In this document: positions 1 through 11,138 of the stretch, piece after piece
Position numbering within the stretch: position 1 is the first letter of the stretch
Layout of the letters: every line of letters starts with the position of its first letter
IMG/VR virus record: IMGVR_UViG_3300025383_000034
Span: 1-50,109 of that record
Source of the DNA: a virus
Taxonomy: Duplodnaviria; Caudoviricetes
Length of the DNA: 50,109 nucleotides
Reading direction: 5' to 3' (one strand)
The notes under the pieces: model-generated
Told to the model about the DNA's origin: nothing
The model's database searches: none
Seen by the model: only the letters and a program-made list of their open reading frames with translations
Position numbers and translations under genes: made by a program

Positions 1-102
1 GTAGGAATTGGTTGTGTTACTAAAGGTATTACCGGAGTTTGATGGTTGACCAATCGGATCAACAGGACGTTCCGCGATATGGAAATTGCCGTCTAGCGCC
101 AC
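1..102 (-). CDS. 5' end of tail protein (partial), divergent homologue of 39853-42132
   Basis: GTG start after GGAG. Reads MALDGNFHIAERPVDPIGQPSNSGNTFSNTTNSY versus MALDGFRHIAERPADPIGQPSTAGNTFVNTSNNF. Confidence 0.85.
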   Translation of the reverse strand, partial: MALDGNFHIAERPVDPIGQPSNSGNTFSNTTNSY

Positions 103-128
103 ACTTACTCCTTAAATAGTTTCCAATG

Positions 129-152
129 AAAAAGCCCCGCCGTAGCGGGGCT
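129..152 (-). terminator. Intrinsic terminator
   Basis: Minus strand AGCCCCGC-TACG-GCGGGGCT followed by a T run. Confidence 0.85.
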
Positions 153-169
153 GGTAATGCTGGTACTGC

Positions 170-394
170 TTACGCTGTCAGTGCTGCCACTTCGTCAGCG
201 GTTAGCCCCAATGCGGTGAGCTTGGCGATAGCGGCTGCTTTCGCATCTGCCTTTGCCTTCTCTGCTGCATCAGCGACTGCCTTGTCAGCGGCGGCTTGTG
301 CGGCTGCTGCCTCGGCTGCTGCAATTTCTTCAGCGGTTTGTGGGCGAGTGGTTACTTCTTTTGTCTCGCAGTTAATGTCGACTACATCTGCCAT
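170..394 (-). CDS. Small Ala-rich tail-associated protein (possible fibre assembly chaperone)
   Basis: 74 aa, AAGGAG RBS, last gene of the tail-tip cassette. Function inferred from position. Confidence 0.6.
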   Translation of the reverse strand: MADVVDINCETKEVTTRPQTAEEIAAAEAAAAQAAADKAVADAAEKAKADAKAAAIAKLTALGLTADEVAALTA

Positions 395-962
395 GATTGT
401 TCTCCTTGTTCAGTAGATGTGGTGCATACAACTCTAGTATTTCTAAAGCGTATTTAATTTTGTCTTCGGGTCTTTGTCCAGCGGGTTGTCTTATGTTCCA
501 CAACTCTAGGTTTTCTATTCTGTTGTCGTGGCGCACACCGTTTTTATGATGAACCTGTTCCCATTGGGTTAACGGTCTGCCAAGAAACTCGGACATTACT
601 TTCCGATGCTCCAGGACATAGCCGTTGCCAGCCGAATTTGGATTAGCAGGTTCGTAAATGCTTATATAGCCAGACCTGTTGACAATGCGAGAGCCTTTAA
701 TTACCTTGCCTGGCTTGGCATGAACATCGCCATAAAGAGCCATGCGGCGATAGTGCATTTGGCATAACCCTTGCGCGCAATGCTTTTTATCGCATCCATT
801 AACGGTGCAGGTTAGGTGCTTTACTTGCCGCCCACGGCCATTGCCCATTAAAGGATTGCCATATTTTTTGGATCTAGCCAAATGCTTTGGGCAATACAGT
901 TTTGAAGTTTTATCGCTGGTGCAACCTTCTACGGTGCATGGGTAACTATTGGTGTAACTCAT
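372..962 (-). CDS. HNH endonuclease with two N-terminal Cys/His zinc-binding repeats
   Basis: EHR..M...LGRPL...EQVHHKNGVRHDNRIENLELW motif; CTVEGC...CPKH and CTVNGC...CQMH repeats. Confidence 0.9.
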   Translation of the reverse strand: MSYTNSYPCTVEGCTSDKTSKLYCPKHLARSKKYGNPLMGNGRGRQVKHLTCTVNGCDKKHCAQGLCQMHYRRMALYGDVHAKPGKVIKGSRIVNRSGYISIYEPANPNSAGNGYVLEHRKVMSEFLGRPLTQWEQVHHKNGVRHDNRIENLELWNIRQPAGQRPEDKIKYALEILELYAPHLLNKENNHGRCSRH

Positions 963-974
963 GCAATTAGTCTA
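963..974 (-). promoter_or_regulatory. Leaderless promoter (-10 TAGACT) for the HNH gene
   Basis: TAGACT lies 6 nt before the ATG and there is no SD. Confidence 0.55.
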
Positions 975-1502
975 TCACGAATTGCGAATGCCGTAGAGAT
1001 AGAAGGATGAATATTGAGCGTAAGAATCGCCGCTAACTGGGGTAAAAGTTATTGAAGTTACTGCCCCAGTATAGGACGAAAGCCCAGCGGATAATCCCAT
1101 AAATGTTGCGGTTCCATTATTTTCAATAACAAAATCTGAGGATATGGATTTATTATAAGAAGTGTTTGCGTAATTAGGAATATACAATTCACCATTACCA
1201 AACGTGCTTCCAGTTGCACCACCGCTAGGGTGATACTCGCTTAAATTTAACGAAGTTGTTGATGTTGAAGCAGAAGAAGGCGAGCCAGAACCTTGACCAA
1301 ATAAAAGTTTGGAAGAATAACTGGTGGAACCGCTTAGCGTAATTAAAGAGTTGTCTTGCAAATCGCTGCTTTGTGTGCCGCGAATTGAAAATGTTAACTT
1401 TAAATCGGTATAAGTCTGCGGAATTGACGAGAAGGTAACCGAAGCGGCTCCGCCAGAACCGACTACTTGGCTTGCGATGAGGTTATATGTTGAAGTTGCC
1501 AT
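975..1502 (-). CDS. Tail-tip/receptor-binding paralogue 3 (allele A)
   Basis: Ser/Thr/Gly-rich; shares IA..T...FSSIP.TY and terminal LYG motifs with its two neighbours. Confidence 0.65.
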   Translation of the reverse strand: MATSTYNLIASQVVGSGGAASVTFSSIPQTYTDLKLTFSIRGTQSSDLQDNSLITLSGSTSYSSKLLFGQGSGSPSSASTSTTSLNLSEYHPSGGATGSTFGNGELYIPNYANTSYNKSISSDFVIENNGTATFMGLSAGLSSYTGAVTSITFTPVSGDSYAQYSSFYLYGIRNS

Positions 1503-1994
1503 TTATGCCGCCAAAATTCCGTAGAGGGTCAGCGATGTTCCAGCCGCCATATTTGCGCTAACTAATAATGTATTGATTGCAGCGCTACTTCTCCACAATC
1601 CAACACTTGCTGTTGTTTCATTACCGGCACCACCAGTTCTCATCAAAATAGATTTATAAACTGAAGTGTTTGCGTAGTTTTGAAATTTGCAAATTATTGT
1701 TGATTGTCCAGAAGCGGCGGCGTTGATAAAAGCCTGTAATTGATTTGTTGAAGTGGTTCTATTTGAATTTGCAACTGAACCAGTTCCCGACACAAAAGTT
1801 TGAGAATAATTTGCCAATGGATCCGCTGAGCCATTTCCAAATTGAAAAATTGGATTTGTTGCGCTTGATGGGGCTAGATTTAATACCAATTCTAAATCGG
1901 TATAAGTTGTAGGAATAGAATTAAATGTGTACGACGATGCGCTTGACCCAAATGTTGTTGTTGCAATCGGTGTATATGTTTGTGCGCTAGCCAT
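1503..1994 (-). CDS. Tail-tip/receptor-binding paralogue 2 (allele A)
   Basis: Same family motifs (YTPIAT, SIPTTYTDL, LYGI). Confidence 0.65.
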   Translation of the reverse strand: MASAQTYTPIATTTFGSSASSYTFNSIPTTYTDLELVLNLAPSSATNPIFQFGNGSADPLANYSQTFVSGTGSVANSNRTTSTNQLQAFINAAASGQSTIICKFQNYANTSVYKSILMRTGGAGNETTASVGLWRSSAAINTLLVSANMAAGTSLTLYGILAA

Positions 1995-2563
1995 TATTTA
2001 ACTCCATACAAAGCAAAGGAAGAATACTGCACATAAGGAGAATAGTCTGGAAGAATTGTAAAACTACTAATTGGGTCAGAAATATTTGATCCAGTCCCAG
2101 ACTTAAACCATACGCCCGAACCAATTTCTATTAAACCAGAACCATTAGCGTCTGTACCCATAAGGTACCGATGAGTTTTATATTTATTAGTATTTGTGTA
2201 ATCAAGAATATCTACAACATTTGCAGAAAAATATCCCGAAGCTCCGCCGGAACCACCAAGCCAGCCACGAGTTTGAGAAGCGTAACCGTAGGCAGTAACC
2301 GCTGAACCATTACCTTGTAACCAATGCTGAGAGTAGTTAGACCCTGTATCTCCATTAAATTGGATATTCATTCCGTCAGTAATAGCACCAGAACGACTTG
2401 TTTGCGCAATTATACGAAGTTGTAAGTGTGTATAAGTGCTTGGAATAGAAGAAAAAGTTATTGTGCTTGCCCCACCTGAACCAACGGTTTGCGTAGCAAT
2501 CGAAGTGTAGTTACCACCCAAATGCCCCGATATTCCAGAGGCTAATATGCCAGGTAGAATCAT
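1994..2563 (-). CDS. Tail-tip/receptor-binding paralogue 1 with MILPGILASG leader
   Basis: ATGA-coupled to the upstream gene; same family motifs. Confidence 0.65.
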   Translation of the reverse strand: MILPGILASGISGHLGGNYTSIATQTVGSGGASTITFSSIPSTYTHLQLRIIAQTSRSGAITDGMNIQFNGDTGSNYSQHWLQGNGSAVTAYGYASQTRGWLGGSGGASGYFSANVVDILDYTNTNKYKTHRYLMGTDANGSGLIEIGSGVWFKSGTGSNISDPISSFTILPDYSPYVQYSSFALYGVK

Positions 2564-2916
2564 GCAATATCTCCAAGCACTAACCAAGTATTCGCAGCCG
2601 TCTGAATTGCAGAAGCGCCGCTGTACTGCACACGGGTCTTAGGAGCCGAAGCGGTTGAGCCATTGGAAACAATGGTTACGCCTGAGCCTTGAGTAATAGT
2701 CGTCTGGCCAGCGCCAGTCTGGGCAATGTTCAAGATAGTGCCGACTGGAAAAGCCACCGATGAGTTTGGTGGAATGGTGAAGGTGTTAGCCGATGCGTTG
2801 TTGATCGTAACAAGCGTATTGCTACCATCGCCAAGGACTGCGGTGTACGAAGCAGACTGGGCATTGACGTTGATGGTAGGCGAGACTGCGTTGTTATTGA
2901 GTAATGATACAGCCAT
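2560..2916 (-). CDS. Tail fibre subunit, paralogous to the C-terminal domain of 3230-3997
   Basis: Shared NAQ..SYT.V..D, NI.QTGAGQ.T, K.R.QYS.A and GDIA-stop motifs. Confidence 0.65.
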   Translation of the reverse strand: MAVSLLNNNAVSPTINVNAQSASYTAVLGDGSNTLVTINNASANTFTIPPNSSVAFPVGTILNIAQTGAGQTTITQGSGVTIVSNGSTASAPKTRVQYSGASAIQTAANTWLVLGDIA

Positions 2917-3230
2917 TAGAGCGTTACTCCTGTCGCAGTAAAGTCGGTGTTAGCCGTTGTGGAATACACTGAAAGTGTATCTCCAGTAGCTAACGTCCAG
3001 CCTGGGTTTTCGTGGATTGTGCTGTTGCCAGGTACGGTAAAACCGTAGTACTGGTAATAAGCCGATCCACCAGACTTAGTAATCGATACACGAATTGTAT
3101 CAGATGATGAGCCTTTGTTGCAGACAGTAAATGAGGAAACAATGCTGCCGTTGGTGCTACCTGTGACAAGTGTTGTCAAGGTAGTAGCCGATGGCGTGGA
3201 CTGTCCAAGAACGACGTATGCTGTTGCCAT
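2916..3230 (-). CDS. Small beta-rich virion protein
   Basis: 104 aa, Thr/Ser-rich, translationally coupled within the tail module. Confidence 0.6.
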   Translation of the reverse strand: MATAYVVLGQSTPSATTLTTLVTGSTNGSIVSSFTVCNKGSSSDTIRVSITKSGGSAYYQYYGFTVPGNSTIHENPGWTLATGDTLSVYSTTANTDFTATGVTL

Positions 3231-3997
3231 TACGCAATGTCTCCAATCAAGGTGAAGGTGTTGGTTGCTACGCAGATAATGGTTGCAGCCGAGTATTGGG
3301 TACGCAGCTTGGTGCCTGTACCCGTAAAGGTTGATGTGCCGTCGTTGGCTACGGTTACCTGACCTGCGCCAGTTTGCTGGATGTTGACGGCTTGACCGAC
3401 GCTAAACACACCCGATGGGATAGTCAGGGTAATTGAGCCAGTATTGTAGAGCGTTACCAGCTTGGCTGCGTCAGCAGCTACAAGGGTGTAACTCGTACCA
3501 GTCTGAGCATTAATGCCCATGCTGATAACTGGCGAGGTAAGAACCGCTGAGCCGATGGTTGGGGCTGTGCCAAATACTGCCGATCCAGAGCCTGTCTCAT
3601 CTGGCAGCAAGGCTGCCAAGTTAGCCGAGGTTGGAGTTGTTAAGAATGTGCCAAGGGCACCCGTAATACCGTGTACGCCATTAGGGCCAGAGCCGATGTG
3701 CGCTCCAGCATCTGTCATATCCTGAGCTGTAATCACGTGACGGACAACAGCACCAGAGTTGTGAGCCTGAGCAGTGGTTCCGTTAAAGCCACGCTGAACC
3801 GTCAGGGTCAAACCTGAAATGTTGGTAACGAGTACCAGCTCTTCGGCAGAGGTGTTGTAGTCAACAGCAAGCACAAATGGAAAGCTGCCTGGGTAACCTA
3901 CAGTAGCTCCAACCACCATGGTGGTGGCAGAGTTAGTCATCGCCGAAGTGAGCGTCGTATCCTGCGCCGTAGCGCTGTAATATCTATTTTGTGCCAT
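3230..3997 (-). CDS. Proximal tail fibre/minor tail protein
   Basis: N-terminal LTVQRGFNGTTAQAH motif typical of phage tail proteins; beta-rich C-terminal domain. Confidence 0.7.
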   Translation of the reverse strand: MAQNRYYSATAQDTTLTSAMTNSATTMVVGATVGYPGSFPFVLAVDYNTSAEELVLVTNISGLTLTVQRGFNGTTAQAHNSGAVVRHVITAQDMTDAGAHIGSGPNGVHGITGALGTFLTTPTSANLAALLPDETGSGSAVFGTAPTIGSAVLTSPVISMGINAQTGTSYTLVAADAAKLVTLYNTGSITLTIPSGVFSVGQAVNIQQTGAGQVTVANDGTSTFTGTGTKLRTQYSAATIICVATNTFTLIGDIA

Positions 3998-4006
3998 CTG
4001 CCTGCC

Positions 4007-4897
4007 TTAGCGAGAGTAGTGTGTGCGTGGTGGATATTGTTCTTGCTGGCGACGAATTTCCACCTGCAAGCGTTGCTGGTACATCTGATAGAAATAGCGA
4101 GACATGTTGGTAGCAGAGCCAACTGGGTTGGACTGTTGCTGCGCATCCGCTTCAGCGGTGATGGCTGGGATACGGCCCATGTCAATATAGGCAGCTGAGC
4201 GATACGCTGCGCCAAGGATGATTACTTCACGGCACGACTCTGGCAAACCAGTCAATGTAAAGTCATCGTTATCGTTTTGTAGCTGAGTAGGCTTTTTGGT
4301 GTAGACAACCTGAACAGTACGACCTGGGATAATTCCATCGGAGATGGAGATAGTCTTGCCGCTGTTCCACGCTAGTGGGTTAGCTGTACGGTCAATGCGG
4401 TAGTGGCGAACTGGTAGCCATTCTAAAGAAGGCCCGATGGTCTGCCACGATACTGCCAAAGCGTCGATAGCTTCCTGCGGTAGCTGGTAGGTAGTACGAG
4501 CTGCAATGAATGGGAAGGTTGTGTAGTACACGCCAAACAAGTCTGGATAGATAGCGTCAATCGCTTCGTTAATATCCTTACGGATCATGGCCCGTGGGAA
4601 TGAAGGAGTGATGGTAACGCGTGTACCCGCAGTGTGTGGCACTGGGGTTGTATCTCTAAAACCACGACCATATGGCGGAATGGTCGCAGTGTTGGTGGTG
4701 CGGTCAAACGAGTCAACCCAGATTAGCTCTTCGTCAATTTCGACAATACCGCGTGTAAGGACTGTTCCATCGGCTACCGTAAAGGTAGTCGCTGTGGCAC
4801 TTAGGTCCGCAGTAAGGAATGTGGCTTGGTCCTGGCGAGAGGTATAGCCTGTGAGGGCTAGTGCCGTCTCATCAATTAAATCAGAGAATAAAGTCAC
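4007..4897 (-). CDS. Probable head-tail adaptor/tail tubular protein
   Basis: 296 aa; contains RGFRDTTP..H motif and helical segments; lies between head and fibre genes. Confidence 0.55.
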   Translation of the reverse strand: MTLFSDLIDETALALTGYTSRQDQATFLTADLSATATTFTVADGTVLTRGIVEIDEELIWVDSFDRTTNTATIPPYGRGFRDTTPVPHTAGTRVTITPSFPRAMIRKDINEAIDAIYPDLFGVYYTTFPFIAARTTYQLPQEAIDALAVSWQTIGPSLEWLPVRHYRIDRTANPLAWNSGKTISISDGIIPGRTVQVVYTKKPTQLQNDNDDFTLTGLPESCREVIILGAAYRSAAYIDMGRIPAITAEADAQQQSNPVGSATNMSRYFYQMYQQRLQVEIRRQQEQYPPRTHYSR

Positions 4898-5178
4898 GAT
4901 GCAATCCTTGCTGCTGCTTCTGCCTCGCCAATACCGTAGGTACCAGCCAGTGCGTTTAATACGCCAGGTGTGTCTAACTTGAGGTTCACTCCGCCATTGC
5001 GGTAAGCGTAAATCTGGTTGAGTGCGTCAATACCACGGGTTGCATTGTGGCCAGGGATGACAGCGTCAGCCCATTTTACGCAAGCACCGTTAAAGTCGTA
5101 CTGAGGTACGCCGTTGATAATAGTGCCAGCTAAACGGTTGATGTGATACACCGTAGACAACCCGCCGTAATTTGCCAT
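4894..5178 (-). CDS. Hypothetical virion-module protein
   Basis: 94 aa, coupled to its neighbours. Confidence 0.65.
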   Translation of the reverse strand: MANYGGLSTVYHINRLAGTIINGVPQYDFNGACVKWADAVIPGHNATRGIDALNQIYAYRNGGVNLKLDTPGVLNALAGTYGIGEAEAAARIAS

Positions 5179-5346
5179 TTACTTGCCTTTCTTGGAATGG
5201 TATTTCTTTGTAGCCTTAACACCAGCGGCAATGGTCTTAACTCCAGCCACTTTGGTTAGGTCAATAACTTTGCCACTCTTATGCTTGACAACCACATCTT
5301 TGGTAATGGTGTGAGTCTTACCACCAACCTTGATTGTCTTTGCCAT
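5179..5346 (-). CDS. Small Lys-rich protein (55 aa; not in ORF track)
   Basis: MAKTIKVGGKTHTITKDVVVKHKSGKVIDLTKVAGVKTIAAGVKATKKYHSKKGK; TAATG-coupled. Confidence 0.7.
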   Translation of the reverse strand: MAKTIKVGGKTHTITKDVVVKHKSGKVIDLTKVAGVKTIAAGVKATKKYHSKKGK

Positions 5347-5462
5347 TACTTAGTGCCGCCTACGCCCTTATATTCGCCATAAGGAGTTTTGGTTGGCTTG
5401 CCAGTGAGCTTCTCGTCAAGCTTGCCAATGGCGTTCTTATCGCAGCCACATTCTTTGCACAT
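5346..5462 (-). CDS. Small protein, 38 aa, MCKECGC start
   Basis: Fills the gap between coupled ORFs; AAGGT RBS. Confidence 0.6.
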   Translation of the reverse strand: MCKECGCDKNAIGKLDEKLTGKPTKTPYGEYKGVGGTK

Positions 5463-5463
5463 A

Positions 5464-5634
5464 TTACTTACCTTTAACTTTCTTGAGGTTTGGGTTTTTC
5501 TTCTTTGCTGCTGGACTTGCATTACGAGCGCCAGCTGCAAGAATTGCACCAGCGTTCTTCATAGGAATACCTTGCTTCTTAGAAATAGACTTTGCCGCTG
5601 CGGCAAAACCCATACCCTTTTTTGCTGCTGCCAT
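5464..5634 (-). CDS. Small Lys/Ala-rich protein (56 aa; not in ORF track)
   Basis: MAAAKKGMGFAAAAKSISKKQGIPMKNAGAILAAGARNASPAAKKKNPNLKKVKGK; TAATG-coupled. Confidence 0.7.
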   Translation of the reverse strand: MAAAKKGMGFAAAAKSISKKQGIPMKNAGAILAAGARNASPAAKKKNPNLKKVKGK

Positions 5635-6030
5635 TAGAGCGCACCAACTTCCTTCATAGTGTTTGCGAGTGGTTTATCTATCTTTGATGCGGCTGGCATA
5701 TACTCTGCGTTGTACGCCGTACCAAGCTTGTCACTAGCAGCCTTAGCTTCCTGGACTGCCTTCATGGTTGTGCCTGCTGGCTGAATACCTTGTGAGCGAG
5801 CATCCGCGTAGGCGTTCAGCTCTGCGTTCCACTTCTTGTTGCTCATGCTGTCAGCTCGGCCAGCATCGCCTGTGCTTAGCTCTAGTGTGCGGAGCTTGCA
5901 GCCAAAGCAGCCATCGATATAATCAGTATGGTTAAGATGATCCGATGGTGTTTCTTCAACCACTGGCGGAGTTGTGAAAACTTCGTCGCATCCAGTGCAA
6001 CCATATTCAACGGGAATAGAGTTGTAACTC

Positions 6031-9094
<3,064 letters not shown>

Positions 9095-9102
9095 GCCTGC
9101 TC

Positions 9103-9360
9103 CTAAACCGTTGTGATGTTAGCGCCGTAACCAGCGTTTGTTAAAATCGTATATTCCGCCTGGGACAGTACATACTCATGTCCACCCAAGTAGCAGTAGT
9201 CTGCTGACTGAGTATCTTGTACGGCAGGGGTACGCGTACTAACTACGGCTGTACCGAATACAAGAATTGAATTTGCCCGTGGTAAGCGATAACGCCAAAA
9301 CAATATGCCAAAGCCCGCAGGGCCTTCTTCCACCGTAGGTGGTTTGAAAACATATGCCAT
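9103..9360 (-). CDS. Hypothetical virion protein downstream of the capsid gene
   Basis: 85 aa, GAAAGG RBS. Confidence 0.7.
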   Translation of the reverse strand: MAYVFKPPTVEEGPAGFGILFWRYRLPRANSILVFGTAVVSTRTPAVQDTQSADYCYLGGHEYVLSQAEYTILTNAGYGANITTV

Positions 9361-9381
9361 GTGCTACCTTTCAATAGGGGT

Positions 9382-9419
9382 GTTGCCACCCAGCCCCACG
9401 TGCGAGGCTGGGAGACAAC
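9382..9419 (-). terminator. Strong hairpin after the capsid gene (no U tract)
   Basis: GTTGTC-T-CCCAGCCT...GGGCTGGG-T-GGCAAC on the minus strand. Confidence 0.6.
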
Positions 9420-9428
9420 TAACTCAAA

Positions 9429-10472
9429 TTAAGAGTTGTGGATCGAAGATGTTGATTCGATACGAACCAAAGCTGCGTCACGGTAACGTGCCCAGCCAAG
9501 AACGCCGTACCATCCGATTGGACGGAAACGCATCAACTTATCAACGACTGGACCGAACACGACATGTGGCTCTTCAGCAACTGCTTCAGCCAATGCTTGC
9601 TTTCCAGCAACGAGTGTACGGAAGACGCGAACGCCACCAGTAGCGTAGACGTAAGACGATGTTCCGAAGGTGCCTGTTGCACCAGTAGAACCTGTACCGT
9701 CGGTTGTGTTGAACAAACGTGGTGATTCTACGAACATTGCGCCTTCGTAAGTTCCGATGGTGCCTGGCCAAAATTCAGCTGCACCTGTCTCGGAGAACTT
9801 GTGGTCATCGCGCCATCCGCCTGAGCCTGTCTCAGAACGAAGGTCGAATGAAACTTCTGGGTGAATACCACACCAGTAGTATTCTCCTTGACGTGGGACA
9901 GCCTTGTTTGCACGAAGCTTAGCCACTGCGGTACGAATATCGCGTGACTTGATTACGTCAGTGTTGCGGATTGTAGCCGCGGTTGTTCCGTTGGTGTATG
10001 AACCAGCGTAGGTTGAAACAAGGTTACCGTTAACTTCTGCGATAGCATTTGGGCCACCGATGAGAACGTTAAGGACGTTTGTGTCAAGTGAGTCAGCCAT
10101 GTTGAAGGCGATAATATCTGCAATCGCTGGGTCAACATCTGAGAGTGAGAACAACTCAAGCTTACGAGTTGTTAATGATGCATTTCCGTATTCAAGGAGA
10201 GATACGGAAATTGGGGTTGTGTTTCCAAGTGCTACTGCATCTGGATCAACATCTTCTGAGAGAGAAGAAGTTACTGCGGTCATGTCTGTGTAAATCTGGA
10301 ATACAACAGACGAACCTGGCATTGCTTGCTGTACTGGGCGCTTATCTGCAACGTCGCGGATAAGAGGAACAGCACGAAGGGCAAACTCTACATAGCGATC
10401 ATAAGCGGTCTGTACTAAGCCTGGAATACCAGCGGTAGAGCCGATTGAGTCGGTATATTGATTACCTGCCAT
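9429..10472 (-). CDS. Major capsid protein (HK97 fold, N4-gp56-like family)
   Basis: L.EYGN, IHPEV..DL, G.IG.YEG..F.ES and GWYG motifs; follows the scaffold gene. Confidence 0.9.
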   Translation of the reverse strand: MAGNQYTDSIGSTAGIPGLVQTAYDRYVEFALRAVPLIRDVADKRPVQQAMPGSSVVFQIYTDMTAVTSSLSEDVDPDAVALGNTTPISVSLLEYGNASLTTRKLELFSLSDVDPAIADIIAFNMADSLDTNVLNVLIGGPNAIAEVNGNLVSTYAGSYTNGTTAATIRNTDVIKSRDIRTAVAKLRANKAVPRQGEYYWCGIHPEVSFDLRSETGSGGWRDDHKFSETGAAEFWPGTIGTYEGAMFVESPRLFNTTDGTGSTGATGTFGTSSYVYATGGVRVFRTLVAGKQALAEAVAEEPHVVFGPVVDKLMRFRPIGWYGVLGWARYRDAALVRIESTSSIHNS

Positions 10473-10518
10473 TTGCGTCACCTACTTTCTTTGGGTATAT
10501 TGTGCGTTGATGGGTTGT

Positions 10519-11010
10519 TTAACGACGGCCGCGGCCAGTAACCGATTGTCCGAATACCAGCATGTCAAGCTCTTCTCTTGTCTTAACGCCAGCCAACTTC
10601 GCCGCTGCGTCTACGTCGCGGGAAGGGGTATTTGCGTTTTGAAGAGAGGCGTTGATACGCTGCATCTCACGGGCAGTTGGGTTTTCTGGTGCTTCCGATG
10701 AAGCATCTTCACTCACGGTAAAACCAAACACATCAGCGTTCTCGTTTAACCATGCGTCAATCTGCTCAGGCGTACTTACGTCGCCAGGAATGAACTTGGC
10801 GATCTTTGTGGATACGCCTTTCTGTTCCAATACTTCCTTGACGGAACGACCACGAAGGTCTGCTTGAATGTTTGCTAGCTGTTCAGCCAGTTCCTTCTTT
10901 TCGCGCTCAGCGCGCTTTAATGCCTTGCGAAGATTAGCTGGGCCATTCTGGTCCTGCTGAACTTCATCAAGCTCTAGATCGTCTTCGTCTTCTTCGTATT
11001 GGTTTGCCAT
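10519..11010 (-). CDS. Capsid scaffolding protein
   Basis: Acidic N-terminus, coiled coil, directly upstream of the capsid gene; GGGAG RBS before MANQYEE. Confidence 0.75.
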   Translation of the reverse strand: MANQYEEDEDDLELDEVQQDQNGPANLRKALKRAEREKKELAEQLANIQADLRGRSVKEVLEQKGVSTKIAKFIPGDVSTPEQIDAWLNENADVFGFTVSEDASSEAPENPTAREMQRINASLQNANTPSRDVDAAAKLAGVKTREELDMLVFGQSVTGRGRR

Positions 11011-11130
11011 GTGGCACTCCCTTTTCTGTTGGTTGGACGCAGGCCGCAGCATTTCCCAGGGGAAGGAATGTTGGCTCCTACTACCAGTCTGAAATACACG
11101 TCATCCATGCTGGTCAGTGGTGACGGAACT
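11011..11130 (-). ncRNA. Putative cis-regulatory structured RNA leader (pseudoknot plus hairpin)
   Basis: CGUCA-CCA/UGG-A-UGACG stem whose loop ACCAG is complementary to downstream CUGGU; a second long hairpin precedes the SD. Confidence 0.55.
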
Positions 11131-11138
11131 TGATGGGC

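Noticed and set aside
975-2563. Diversity-generating retroelement or invertible shufflon as the cause of tail-tip variation
   Set aside because: No reverse transcriptase, template repeat, adenine-specific pattern, invertase or inverted cassettes.
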